A DNA stretch of 64,000 nucleotides from positions 30,928,213 to 30,992,212 of the forward strand of contig OZ234493.1 in assembly GCA_965153455.1 (NCBI GenBank), written 5' to 3'. This DNA is from Sphagnum compactum. Lineage: Eukaryota. Under the pieces are notes generated by a model that saw nothing but the letters and a program-made list of their open reading frames with translations, searched no databases and had not been told where the DNA came from. The position numbers and the translations under genes are program-made. This document shows positions 52,398 to 64,000 of this stretch, piece after piece. Positions within the stretch are counted from its first letter, which is position 1; each line of letters starts with the position of its first letter.

Positions 52398-55300
52398 CCA
52401 TTGATGAAGAAGGCTGTTGACGAATATTTCGGCATGCACGATATGTATTTAGAAGTTGAGCTTGGAATATGGTTGCTCACTTTAAAAGTAATTGTTTGGG
52501 TGGCAAGGCTATTGAACCAACTTGATACATTCATTGAGTTCCATTTGATCAAGAATGGAAACCAAGATTCAATGAAGAAAATGCCCATCCAAGATTTGAA
52601 GGCATGGGCTCATGATTTAGACATGGTCGTCATCATGGTAGAGGATCCATGGAAGAAGCAATTGGCAGGCCTCATCTATTCAATAAATAGAATCAACAAT
52701 GAACTTGCATTGACATTGGTCCGAAAATATTTTTGTGAAAAACATGAAGGACAAAACATCACACAACGTTGTCATTAAATGGAATGAGTTCCTCGAGCTT
52801 TTGAAGATTGAACAAGATGAATTGTAAAATGAGTCTCAAAGGGGCTCAAACCATACACTCACAAACTTTGAAGGATCTAGTGGCCTTCGCCCAACAAAAA
52901 AATAGAAAAAGGAGAAAACAGAATAGGATAAAAAAGAGAAGATCTTGACAAAACTAGTTATTAAGAAAGAAGATAAAGGATTCAACACGGTAGAATGCCG
53001 ACTTGTCGATGACACGTTGGGCAATGAGTTTTTGGGTTGTTTTCCTTTTGGAAATGACTCGCTTCCAGGTGTTTCCATTGATGTTCATCATTTCAAGAGG
53101 GCACCTCCCAACATTGTTTATCATCCACTCTCAAATATCCACAAGGATGAATTTTTTTAAAAAACCACACGACATAATAAGTTTGACACCAAAGTGTCCA
53201 TTTTTGCGATCCCTAAGGACTTGCATAATGCTAACCATATCACTCCTCACAAACTGAAAAAGTGGGAGGATATTCAGGATAATCAATTTCTAATTGTTGG
53301 CGAGCAACACACAATTGTTGTTATGAAGGTGTGTTATTTACATCCCTAATTCCTTGTATTTCCTGTTTTATGGTGTGTAATGAGAATTTCAAAATAATAA
53401 CTTGTAGATCACCCCAATATGAGGCCCTAAGTTTGAGAGATCTACAACTACTTTCAAATTATTGTAGTATGGGACATAGACTTCGTGAAGATTTACAAGC
53501 TTTCCAAAATATTAAACAACAAGGATTGTGACCTCAACACAAAGCCTTCATACAAGGAAAATCTTGCACATGCTCAAAAGATATGGGAGGCATACTAGAG
53601 GCCTTGTCTAAATTTGGATGCATTTCTTCGACATACTTAGGAATACAAGGTATTAATACCAAATGATTAATTTCCATACAAAGTTGTGATATTGTATGTT
53701 TTCAATCACATTTCTAAGTTTTGTTGCGTTTACGAAATGTGTTACAGAAATTTGAAGAAACACTCAAGCTTGTTTTGAATGTTGAAACAATAAAGGAGTG
53801 CATGAATATCCTTCTATTGACAGATGCAATCTTCCAACTATGGCAGAGTGTCTTCCTTGAATGGGAGAAGTGCAACATCCTTGATGGATCTAGAGATGTG
53901 CTAGCATGTCCGCCAAAACCAATTGGAAAATCTGCTTTCGGTTGTTTAGTTAACCTCAAGGAAAAACAACTCAAGAAGTTAGCTAGGGGGCTACTTTCAA
54001 AAACAATAACATTCAAAGAGCGTCCAGTGAAAGGAAGGAGGCCTAACCTTAAATCCATGTACGAGTTCACAAGGATGCTTAAGTGGAAGGCTATGATTCG
54101 GAACGAAATTATGATTCATTTTGGACATCCAAAGCCAAGTGCCAATAATCAGAAATCATATTCGGATGATGAATGGCACGCATTGAATGACAAGCACAAG
54201 CTTGACAAGATGTTGTTCTCAATTTTGGATTCAGAATTGAATGATGATTTTTACTTGAAAAAGCATAGGCTCAACCCCTCAGACAAGGCCCCACCTATAG
54301 GATTTAAGTGGGGTTTGGAGAAATGGATCCAAAATGGAACTTTGAAGGACAATGCAATGAAGGCAATTTTGTTGGACACTCATTGCAAGTATGATAGAGT
54401 CGAGAACATGTCAGGTATGTTGGATGTTATTGACAAGGAATGTTGTGCATCGTTTTTTATGGACAACACAACAAGGACCATCACTGTCATTTGTACAATT
54501 CGCAACACGAAAGACGTTCCAACAGTTTGGAAGGGCTTGATTGGGAGTCCTTTCTTCTAGGGCTCCTGAACATGAGGGCCATGTTCAAAGTCATTGTCTC
54601 CATTTGCGACCGCGAGTCCTTCAAGAGCCTATTGACTACCATGTGCAAGTCAACTTTTGATACAAAAATTTAATTTGAGTTTGGCCAATACATGGCAAGA
54701 TCAGTAGAGGTTCCAAGTTCTTCAATGATATTATTGAGCATTTCCATGTTAATGTTTGCTTATTTGTTTCCTTTTAAAATTGGAACAAATGTGTGTGCCG
54801 AAATTTTGGGAAACAAAAAATTATCGACATTAGTGGAATGCCCAAATTTTTCTTTTCTGGAAGATCAATAGTTATATCGATAAGAGGTTTTTCCAGAAGC
54901 TGTTTCATAAATCCTTTAGCCAGTAATCTTGAGCGGGATGGTTTGTTTGGGTATCTTTGGTGGAGAAATTCCCACATATGTTTGTCTAGTAAGTCCAACA
55001 CATGGATCTTGACTTCATTCCTGGAATATTGTTTTTCCAGAAATTCGTTCCATTAGTAAGATTATTTTTCTGATAGGCCGTTTCTTCTTCAGGAAAATAA
55101 ATGTAACGTGTTGGAACTCATTCCTCATGACCTAGAAGGAAACTGGTGCGAGATAATGGCATTGGTATGTCTTCGCATGTTAACTGGTGTCACGACTAGG
55201 AACATGGGAATACAACCACTGAAGCCTATGTTAATGCTTACCCAAGGAGCACAAACTTCTAATGCAGAGGAGGAAGATGAACGAGATGTCCTCATCCCTA

Positions 55301-55533
55301 CTGAAGAAGGTGGAGCTAATTTGTCCCCAATGTTGGACAACTTAAGCCCATCGAAGGTGGACAAAAAGAAAGTTGGTTATGTCATAAGGGGAAGTAATAA
55401 AAGAAAGGCATCCAGTAGTAAGACTCAAGTTCCAAAAAAGAAAGGTCATTCACGAGGGAGCAATCCAAAAAGTGTTGATGTTCAAGCTGCGAGAGAACAA
55501 GAGGTTAGTGAGGAACTCATTGACCATGAGTAA
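52398..55533 (+). pseudogene. Decayed multi-exon gene with ParB/Srx-like motif; 5' part lies left of the solo LTR (~43630-44185)
   Basis: The frame reads across the LTR site (LVTSTLP|PLMKKAVDEYFG). Further on, SIDVHHFKRAPPNIVYHPLS...VSIFAIPK...WEDIQDNQFLIVGEQHTIVVMK is followed by a GT donor at ~53329. A 279-aa ORF (53721..54560) and a basic NLS-like tail (NKRKASSSKTQVPKKKG) follow. Confidence 0.5.
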
Positions 55534-55943
55534 GAGGATCCTTCAGAGGACAAGGATGTGTTCACATTGATCAAGACATCCGTCGTGAATATGTTAATAA
55601 CTTCCTCATTTAGGCCGAATGTGGCGACTTTAGATGAGGACAATATCAAAAAAGCTAGTGAGGAATTGCGATGTGCTAACCTCCCCGTAGTTCCTTTGAG
55701 TTTGTATAGTTTTGTATGTCAAATACAAGATCCAGTAAAGAAAACGGGTTATTGATTAAATTCAATAGCTTTTAATCATTTTGACACCTTGTACATTCCT
55801 TTAATCATTTAATCATTTGATAAACTTGCAGAACAACTTTATTAAAATGTCTAATTTTATTACAAGATACCGTTGTATATTTGTTTTTCACTACATTTAA
55901 TTTGATTATCATGTTGAGGCCCTTAGTCATGTGTTTTTGCATT

Positions 55944-56298
55944 TATCGCTTAGTAGTCGTTGGAAGATATTTTGTGCATTGATCACTTGGCGGTCACTAG
56001 GTGATTATCCCTCCGTCAATAGCCTGGCAATCACTAGGCCACTATTTGTCTCTTGATCACTTGGCGGCCATTAGGTGATTGGTTATACATTGATCACTTG
56101 GTGGCCACTAGGCGATCGTTTTTCCGTTGATAGCCTTGTGACTTTAGGTGTTTTTGTTCATTGATCACCTAGCGATCGCCAGGTGATTGTCTATCCTTCG
56201 GTCGCCTAACGATCACTAAGTGATTCTTTGTCCTTCGATCGCTTGGTGATCTCCTTGCAATTGGGACTCCTATGATCGTTTGGCGGCCGCCAGGAGAT
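55944..56298. repeat. Palindrome array C (~10 units x 37 bp)
   Basis: 26-bp decayed palindrome GATCGCCTGGCGGCCGCCAGGCGATC separated by ~11-nt variable linkers (ATCCCTCCGTC, ATTTGTCTCTT, GGTTATACATT, GTTTTTCCGTT...). Confidence 0.9.
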
Positions 56299-56652
56299 CG
56301 TGTTTCAATTGTGCATTTGTCCAACATTCTTTTGCCAACATTAAATATTGTCTTTTCAATTATGATTTTTGCAATGATCACTTGGGTGCACCAAATATTT
56401 GTTACTAAAATGATCATTTTGTTGAGTTTAATAATGTTTTAATTTCTATTGCTAATACATCCTTTTTATTCTTGGGTAAGATTTGTGCCTCACACGTGGA
56501 AAGGGTGTCGATTTCCTCTCTCGATAGCATAGGCGGAAGGATAATACAATCAAAGGTGGGTTTTGTGGATTCTTTCCTTTGCGATTGATATGATGGAAAT
56601 GTAGATTGAACCATTAGTTAATGTCCATTTTGTATTCACTTTTCATGTTTCG

Positions 56653-57803
56653 ATGGAATTAATTCATGTTCGCTCTAATGAACCCAATGTTGAAGATGCA
56701 GCACCAAATGATGCAGAGTGGGGATATTATTGTCCTAGACTGGTGGACCATTCAGAATTGAAGCCCCTTGAGGTATTGACATCCTCTGGCCTTGAAATTG
56801 AAATGCGATTGGCCACAGCTAGTGGCACAAAAGCTTTGCATGATGTGGGCCTTCTTCTGTTTTCTCCATTTATGGAGCTTGGCATTTTGCCAGAAAGTGT
56901 AAAGACTTTTGATTTTGCCAATTATAGGTTCCAGGAAATTACAAGCACTTCTAGTTTTGCCGATGAAGCTCTACATTTGGAGCCTGTTTTGCAAAAGATT
57001 CCAAGGATTTCAAGTTGAGTGAATGTCAGTTGCCAAGATGATGTAACGACTTTAGGTTTTCCCAAGGGTGATGTGCATGAAATGACAATGACTTCTAGTT
57101 TTCCTGCACATACTACGTAGGAAAAATGTTCTTTGTTGGAGGTGAGTGACTATCATTTGATTTTTGACTTGAATGGTGTTTTCATTGCTATGGGTGAGGG
57201 TCAAACTAGAACTCGCCTAATGGTTTTGAGGCCTAGTATTAAGTAATTGTGTTTACTTGTGTAAAAAAATTTATGGTGTACATATGGTCTTCAGCAATGA
57301 ACAGAAACTTTTTGGGGCAATTGGATATTATCATCGAGAAAACTAGCATTCACCTTTCATCTTGTAGGATAATCCAGTCATTCTACTTTAGAAATGATCA
57401 CTTCTTGCTTAAGAAGCTAAACAAGCCAATTTCCCATAAAAACCTTATCAATTTCTTTGTTCAATTTATTGGTATGTCATTTGAGAATACTTTGTTGATA
57501 GACAATACACCTCACAAGAATTTGTTTAATCCTCCTTTTAGTGCCATTTTTTTAAAAACATTTTATGGGTCGCATAGTCACTCTAATTACCTACTCCAAA
57601 CCATTCTTCTTCATTTGGAATCTTTGCATTCATTCGGAATGCATGTTTATAAATTTGTAGAGTTGAATCCTTTTAGTAGCATTATAGATGATGTGCTTCC
57701 TGATGACCCTCGATATGCAAAATTGATTGCTCTGTGTTCTGTAGAATGTGATGAAATGTTTTATAACAGAATGAAATCAAGATCTCTAAATAAAAAGAAA
57801 TGA
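56653..57803 (+). pseudogene. Decayed gene ending in an FCP1/NIF-like HAD phosphatase-fold domain (copy 1)
   Basis: The frame of ORF 56653..57018 continues through stops into YHLIFDLNGVF...VLRPS, then after a frameshift into CVKKFMVYIWSSAMNRN and ENTLLIDNTPHKNLFNP. Confidence 0.7.
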
Positions 57804-58389
57804 ACTATTTTATTTATTTATTATGGAATCATTATGTATGGATGGTTTACTAACTTGAATTACAATGGGTGCATGCTTTATTTTTATCAATTGTTTTCTT
57901 GCCTAATGTACTAGAGTCCAATGTAAGGGTTGTTCCACATGACTTTCTCTCCCACAAGCATCCACTAATTCTAATTTGATAATTGGGCATTTTGCAAACA
58001 TATTGTTAGTTTTTCATAAAGTGTTTTAAAATTTCAATGCAAATGGCCTAGTGGCCACTAGACACCTCATGCACATAGTTCAATAGTTCCCATGTATTTC
58101 TAACTTTTTTGAATATCATTTTTTTCCATCTATTGTTAGTTTGCCTAATGGTTGTTCGGTGCTTTCTTGCACAATGTTATCCATATATTTAACTTAGAAA
58201 AATATTTATTGTTAGCACATGGACATTTCGCTCTCAATTTATTATTGTAAATGTTGATAGCACATTATCCTTTCCCACATGTTTAATTCATTTTGCTGAA
58301 CGGTTTTTTTGTTGTTTTAGTTCAATGTTTCATCCAAGTCGATTGCAATGGTCAAAGGCAGTTCAATGCGTTTGCATCTACATTCATCA

Positions 58390-58960
58390 TATTTTGAACC
58401 TAAAAATTGTTGATTCTGAACATTAATGTTGTGTTGTGTTATTTCCCACCTTCAGCTGTTCTGCAAGGAAATGCTAAAGTGTTTGGGAAAAATGATTACA
58501 AGACCAAAGTGGAAGTCAAAGTTGGAGTGGAAAATTTTATGAGTAAGGCATTTCAAAAGTTTCATATTACAATTTGGTCTTGTATGAAACTTAAGGATGT
58601 ATTGGAAGTTTTTCCCATGCTCATGCTTAAAAGTTTCTTGTATCGATTCGTTTTCATTTGGGGATGTGAATAATGTTCCAAAACGTCTGGTGAAATTTCA
58701 CCTTGGTCCCATTATTATTTAAAAGATTTGAAACGTGTTTATTATGTTTGTTGTGGGAAAGATTATGGAAAGGAGGATCAAACATTGTTGATTGATGATG
58801 AACCTAGCAAGGCCCTTCGGAATCTAAAATGGATTGGGCTTTTTCTTGAATCATTCAGGGGATAGATGTTGTCAAAGAATAAGGTGCAATGGTTGGACCT
58901 ACAATCCTGTTTGTGGCCACCCTTGGTTGGATTGCCCTTGGCCAAAACAATTTGAATTCA
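58390..58960 (+). pseudogene. Second decayed FCP1/NIF-like HAD domain
   Basis: KLLILNINVVLC, FQKFHITIWSCM, IWGCE*C, YLKDLKRVY and QTLLIDDEPSKALRN in one frame with stops. Confidence 0.7.
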
Positions 58961-61900
58961 TTGGATTAGGATTAACGTGATTTATGGGATGAATACACAT
59001 TTCCTATATTGTTGCCTATAATTATTTTAGCATTAAGGACATGTGGCATGATTTTCTTATGATCATATGTGTGTTGTTCACTTGACTTTGAAAACCATTC
59101 ATATTATCTTAGTAAAGTCCCTCCTTGTCTTTTGCATGCCATGTGTATATATGTAAAGTTTACGTACTTGGAAGCAAATTTGCAATCAGTAATGCACAAT
59201 TATGATAGTTGTTTTGCACAATTTGAATGCATTCCTAATTCCCATGCACTCACTTCCCAAAATAAAAAACTTATATTACATTTGTAAAAGCACAAAATAA
59301 TGACATTAATACCAAAATCATGAACGTCCAAACAAATGCAATACATATTCAAGTGTACCCCTTTTGCTATCATCAAACATGAAAGATGCATGATGTCAAT
59401 GATGAGTTTCATCACCAAAGCCTTGGACGTCCAACATGTTAGTTCAAGCATATGCACATATTTCATCAAACGTATGCACTCTGGTGGAAAACCAATGTAA
59501 ATTTATCTTTGATGATTTAGTTTAAAAGTTTAAACCAAGATGATTTTTTTAAAAAGTGTACCATTTAGGAAGAAAAGGATCTAGTCTTTATTGCAATCCT
59601 TCTTTTTTTTCTATATTTTGATTCACATCAAAACTAATGAATCAAAAAATGTTAAATATTTCATAGGTATCATATTTTAGACCACTAAAATCTAAAATTG
59701 TATCATAATCACTCATAATGTATCTTTACATAATAAAAAAAACTCCCTAAGAAAACATAAAAATGATGATGTTGCATCACAATTTTAATACACCTTAAAA
59801 AAATTTGGACCCACCAATGATTTTTAACTTAAAACATCCCTTCCCGATATGTAAACCATAAACCATTTAATTAGCTGGTAGCATGACACATGCAGATGCT
59901 ACAAAGGTTTTCTTCAAAAACTTTTGCAAAATTTGCCATATTTTGAGGGAAAACTGTCATCACATTTAGACAATCCATTCATGGAGGTTGCCAATACAAA
60001 GTGGGGTTTTGAAAAAATAGAAAATAAAAATTATAATCCATCTAGGACAGTTGTTATTTAATGCTAATTAATTATGGGGATGCTTGCCAATGGACCTACT
60101 TGAGCCTTGGCCGATTTAACATTTTTCACCTTGAGTGCTTGTCAATATTCCAATACTTAAGCATTTAGAAATCTGGGGATATTGCAAAATCCAAGAAATT
60201 ATTGCAAGAAAACTAAATAAAACTTGCAAAAGTATTTAACTTATTCCAAGGTATCCCTTAATTATCAAATGGTTTATAACTCATATAACTCCCATTAAAG
60301 TTGTTCATTCTCTTTAGCTAACTTTCATGCTAGTTATATACTACCGAATGTGATATACAATAGTACCATGGCACCTTTGACACATCTATCACATGTCTGT
60401 CAAATAATTAATTAGTTTTGGAAATTTCTGAAAATAATAAAATTAATGTCGAAGCTGCCAAAGTAATAGGGTATTATATGAAATCTCCCTTATTGCATCC
60501 CTTGATGATGAGCAGGGTTTATTTTTAAGGATTTTGTGATGTAGGCAAGGTGGCGACCATCCAGAAACTAATTTAGCCAATTCTGGCTACATGCCAGATA
60601 TGAAAGTAGAAAAAAACTAGGATCCTTCTATATTCTTGGCTACCTATTGGAACTTATTGTAAAAATCTGGCGATTTGGACTTTTTTGTTTTCGAAATATG
60701 GCGAATTTGGACCATTTTTCCCATGGAGAATCCTTTCTATTGGTCGAAATCACATTTTTATTGGCGAATTTTTGCAAAAATTCACCAATAAAAAACATAA
60801 TGATGACGAGCAATCATTCTCTTAGCTCACAAAAATATATATATGGCTGTCTTTTGAGCATAGGTCGAAGGTCGACCTACTCATGTAAAATGGAGCAATT
60901 AAACAAGAGAAAATGTTGTGGGCGTCTAAGGTTTCCTGATATTGTGAAGTGAATGTGGATTGCTACAAAGCTGCTACCAGGTGTGACTGCATTCTTTGCT
61001 GGAGTTGTGAAAGAAAATGTCTTTTAGCCAAACAAAACAATTGACTATAGCCAAGGTGGTAAAGAACTGCCATATTTATGACACAATAAAAAGAACTCCC
61101 CAGTAATACCTAAGAATTGTGTTTTGTTCCACCCAAACCAGAACAAGGGCTGTGTCACACTGTGGCCTTGCCATTTACATTAAAAAGTATCATAAGGCAA
61201 TTCAAGTATTTCACCATGCAAAAACATAATCTTCAAAAAAACCCTCTAAAAGAAACCAAAATCCTTCAAGATATTAGAACTCTAAAACTAATCTCAAGTT
61301 TCAACACAAGCCAAAATATCATTTGTCAAAAATCTTCATATAAAAGTAGACCTACTACCTAGGGGCCTATAAAAATCCCTTAAGCTACTATATACTCTAT
61401 AATGAATCTAAACACAATATCGTTGCCTTGGTAGGCAAGACCAACAACAAACATAATGACAATTAGTGCAGTCATAACCTTGAGAGCATCACCCACAAAG
61501 TATCATAGCATCACCTTTAGTAGGTAACCAACCGCGGGCAAAATACCTGACAAAGGAGGATGGAACAGGAGGGGTTCCACGAAATAAGAAAGCATACTTG
61601 ACAACAAACTATGAAACAACAAATGAAAATACAACCCTCCGCTGTAGAAAACTTTCTTTGATAGTGGAGTCTGCATCTTACTTCCATACCATACCAATGA
61701 TCTTCTGTGCCCAAGTGGTTATCTCAATAGCTGACAAACCAAACCAAATGACATACTGATGCTATACCAAACCAGACATCTATTCTGAAGCAAGTTGAAG
61801 CCAAGATTCCCATAATATTGAAACATATGCAGTAAAAGTTTTAGCATATGAAACATTGCATATGAAACATTCACTTACATATGAAGGTAAGCAGACAAAA

Positions 61901-64000
61901 CATTTCAAGAACATATGTAAATGAGTTGATCATGAGAGTTGAATCACACAACTGAATCTGTCAAATACCCGACAGTTTGCAGTACACCTACAACCATATC
62001 AATACACTCAATTTTGGCCAAGCACACTACCCTGCACAGAAGTATCCCCAGTGCTACTGCTGATATAATTGTTGTGCTTGCCCTCAACTCCCTGTCTGTT
62101 GAATGCCACAGCCATACTGCTCGACACAAAGTCCAGTAAGAAAGAATTCAGTCCTTGTCACAACATGGAGAGATCTTCTGTTGATGTCCATAGCCAAAAC
62201 AGAGAATCTAATACAGGAAAGAGTGATCCTGCAAGAACCTTTCTCATACATTCCAGTGGAAAAAAACTCCTCCTTTCAGAAACAGATTACTAGGATATAT
62301 TTGATGTTAAACTGTCCTCCAAAATCACCCTTTGTTTATACTCTCATTCATTGCACACTATGGTGCTAATTACTATAGGATTGTACATGCTTTGCAATCA
62401 CATGTTTGGAAGCAGGAATACAGGAGTTTTACACTTATAAATCAAGGTAAAGACTAAACAAAGTGGAGGTGGACAAATCTTCCTACTCTTTTATCAAAAG
62501 AAGAAAATCTCTAAACTGTTAGTACATGATCTTTGTGCAAAATGAAATTTCATGTTTAAATGTTGTTGCTTCTCAAGTGGTCCTGTTGTAAAGCTTTTAC
62601 TGTCACTTCTGTTGTGAGGAAGTTCCCTATTAGCATGCATTTTCAAGTTGAGCAAGCAACTGGGTAGTGGTACCAAATCTTTACCCAGGTTGTGATGAAC
62701 CCATTACACAACCATCTACACTACATGTATTCATGATCAATCCTCATATTACTCTGGACAATGAAATAGAGCACAACCAAAGAAATGGACATTTCACCTC
62801 ACGAAAATATCATGTCATTGGTTGTTGATCTAGACCTTGAGGGTTTCCAATATTGCATTGCACAATTTGCAAGTCTAAAGTCAGACTGTTGCTCAAGTAT
62901 TCCATGACTTACATTATAGTTCTCGTTGGTCTTCTCCATTCTCTGTTCTACCCCTTTCTCCTGATCTGCCTATTTCCTCACTTGTTCACGAAGATCCTCA
63001 ATAAACCCACTGTGATTCATAAATTACATCAGAAAGATTCTCCAGGAGATCGGAAAATATTAGTCTTCACAGTTACAAATAGAGCCCTTAGACCAAGATG
63101 CTCAGGAAAGAGCCACAACGTATTCTCATACTAGTTCTTATCCCACATGCCAAGTGGCCATGACCTTCAACATGCAAACCTGCAACAATGATATTATATT
63201 CTCAATGTGCACACGATAGCCAACACTACAAGGATACATAGCTTAGACAATATACTTTCATGTTACAATGTTTTGCAATTCAAAAATTGCAAATCCATAA
63301 GAGTTCTAGCACCCATTGTGAAATGTTTATCAACAATTAGAAAAAAAAGGTTTGCAAAAAGTGCTTTCATATTTAAACAACAAACTAATTATTTCTTATA
63401 TTAGCTTGTCCTTGAGGCTTGAAATGCAAATTTCCTTTTCACTTTTTAAATGCCCATCATCATTTCTGTATTGTGTTATGGCCCTTCATTCAACATTCAA
63501 GACTTTATGGAGATTGAATCAATTGTGAATAACATTTGATCTTGCAATCATTTCTTTTCAATTTGTATCTAGTTAAAGATTCATTCATTCATTCATTTGT
63601 TTTCCCTAAAAGTCTATACATACATACATACATACATAGATGCTTTCCACATTTGGTTTGGCTAAATCAATGACACATGAAGGAAAATATTGATTTGGTG
63701 ATTTTAACTAATAATATTGTATTTTTTCAAATTCGACCACTTCAGAATTTTTGATTGAAATAAGATTTTTTGCAACCAAATTTGAAACAAGACAAGCCAA
63801 TCCCCCAAGTGAAATCAAACTTCAAAATGTTATGCCAAGAAATATTGTGATTTGATGCAGAACTAACATAAACCATGCTTACATTTTTTCAAAATGGAGT
63901 ACCAAATAATAGTTGGTGGTATTGATTCAATGTCAACATCCTAACTTAACCATTCGTCAAGCAGAAGGATTGGATACGAATGAGCATAGGGACTCACACC

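Noticed and set aside
59540-59590. Candidate right terminus of the putative giant element
   Set aside because: Only patchy inverted similarity to ~30900-30935; not distinguishable from chance in AT-rich DNA.
61400-63190. Possible decayed exons of a membrane-protein gene on the minus strand
   Set aside because: Hydrophobic fragments and some splice-like sites exist, but the frames are broken and I recognise no family. Needs BLASTX.

Overview
Eukaryotic, AT-rich, transposon-dense land-plant DNA. The repeat landscape looks bryophyte/peat-moss-like, which is my inference and not something I can test here. Only one gene looks intact: a two-exon, non-RD receptor-like kinase (14808-18092, +). It has an SD-2-type kinase domain, no recognisable ectodomain, and an unexplained C-terminal beta-rich (SH3/Tudor-like) domain. 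The rest is mostly nested, decayed mobile DNA. It includes three hAT transposase relics (one split by a 2-kb CACTA-like element with an ATT target duplication), a 2.3-kb CACTA foldback, several MITEs and an RLE-type non-LTR relic. It also includes a 7.4-kb L1-clade LINE (14-bp TSD, no poly-A) sitting inside a solo LTR (5-bp TSD). The most unusual structure spans roughly 30.9-59 kb. There a decayed Sola-like/DUF7869-type DDD transposase (-) lies divergently from a decayed intron-containing gene with a ParB/Srx-like motif and two FCP1/NIF-like HAD domains (+). One palindrome (consensus core GCCTGGCGGCCGCCAGGC) recurs across the whole block, in four regularly spaced arrays with periods of 49, 46, 45 and 37 bp and as scattered single copies. 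I interpret this as a candidate giant cargo-carrying DNA transposon with its own palindromic binding-site arrays. I could not find its termini, and all domain calls are by-eye motif recognition that need HMM or structure confirmation.
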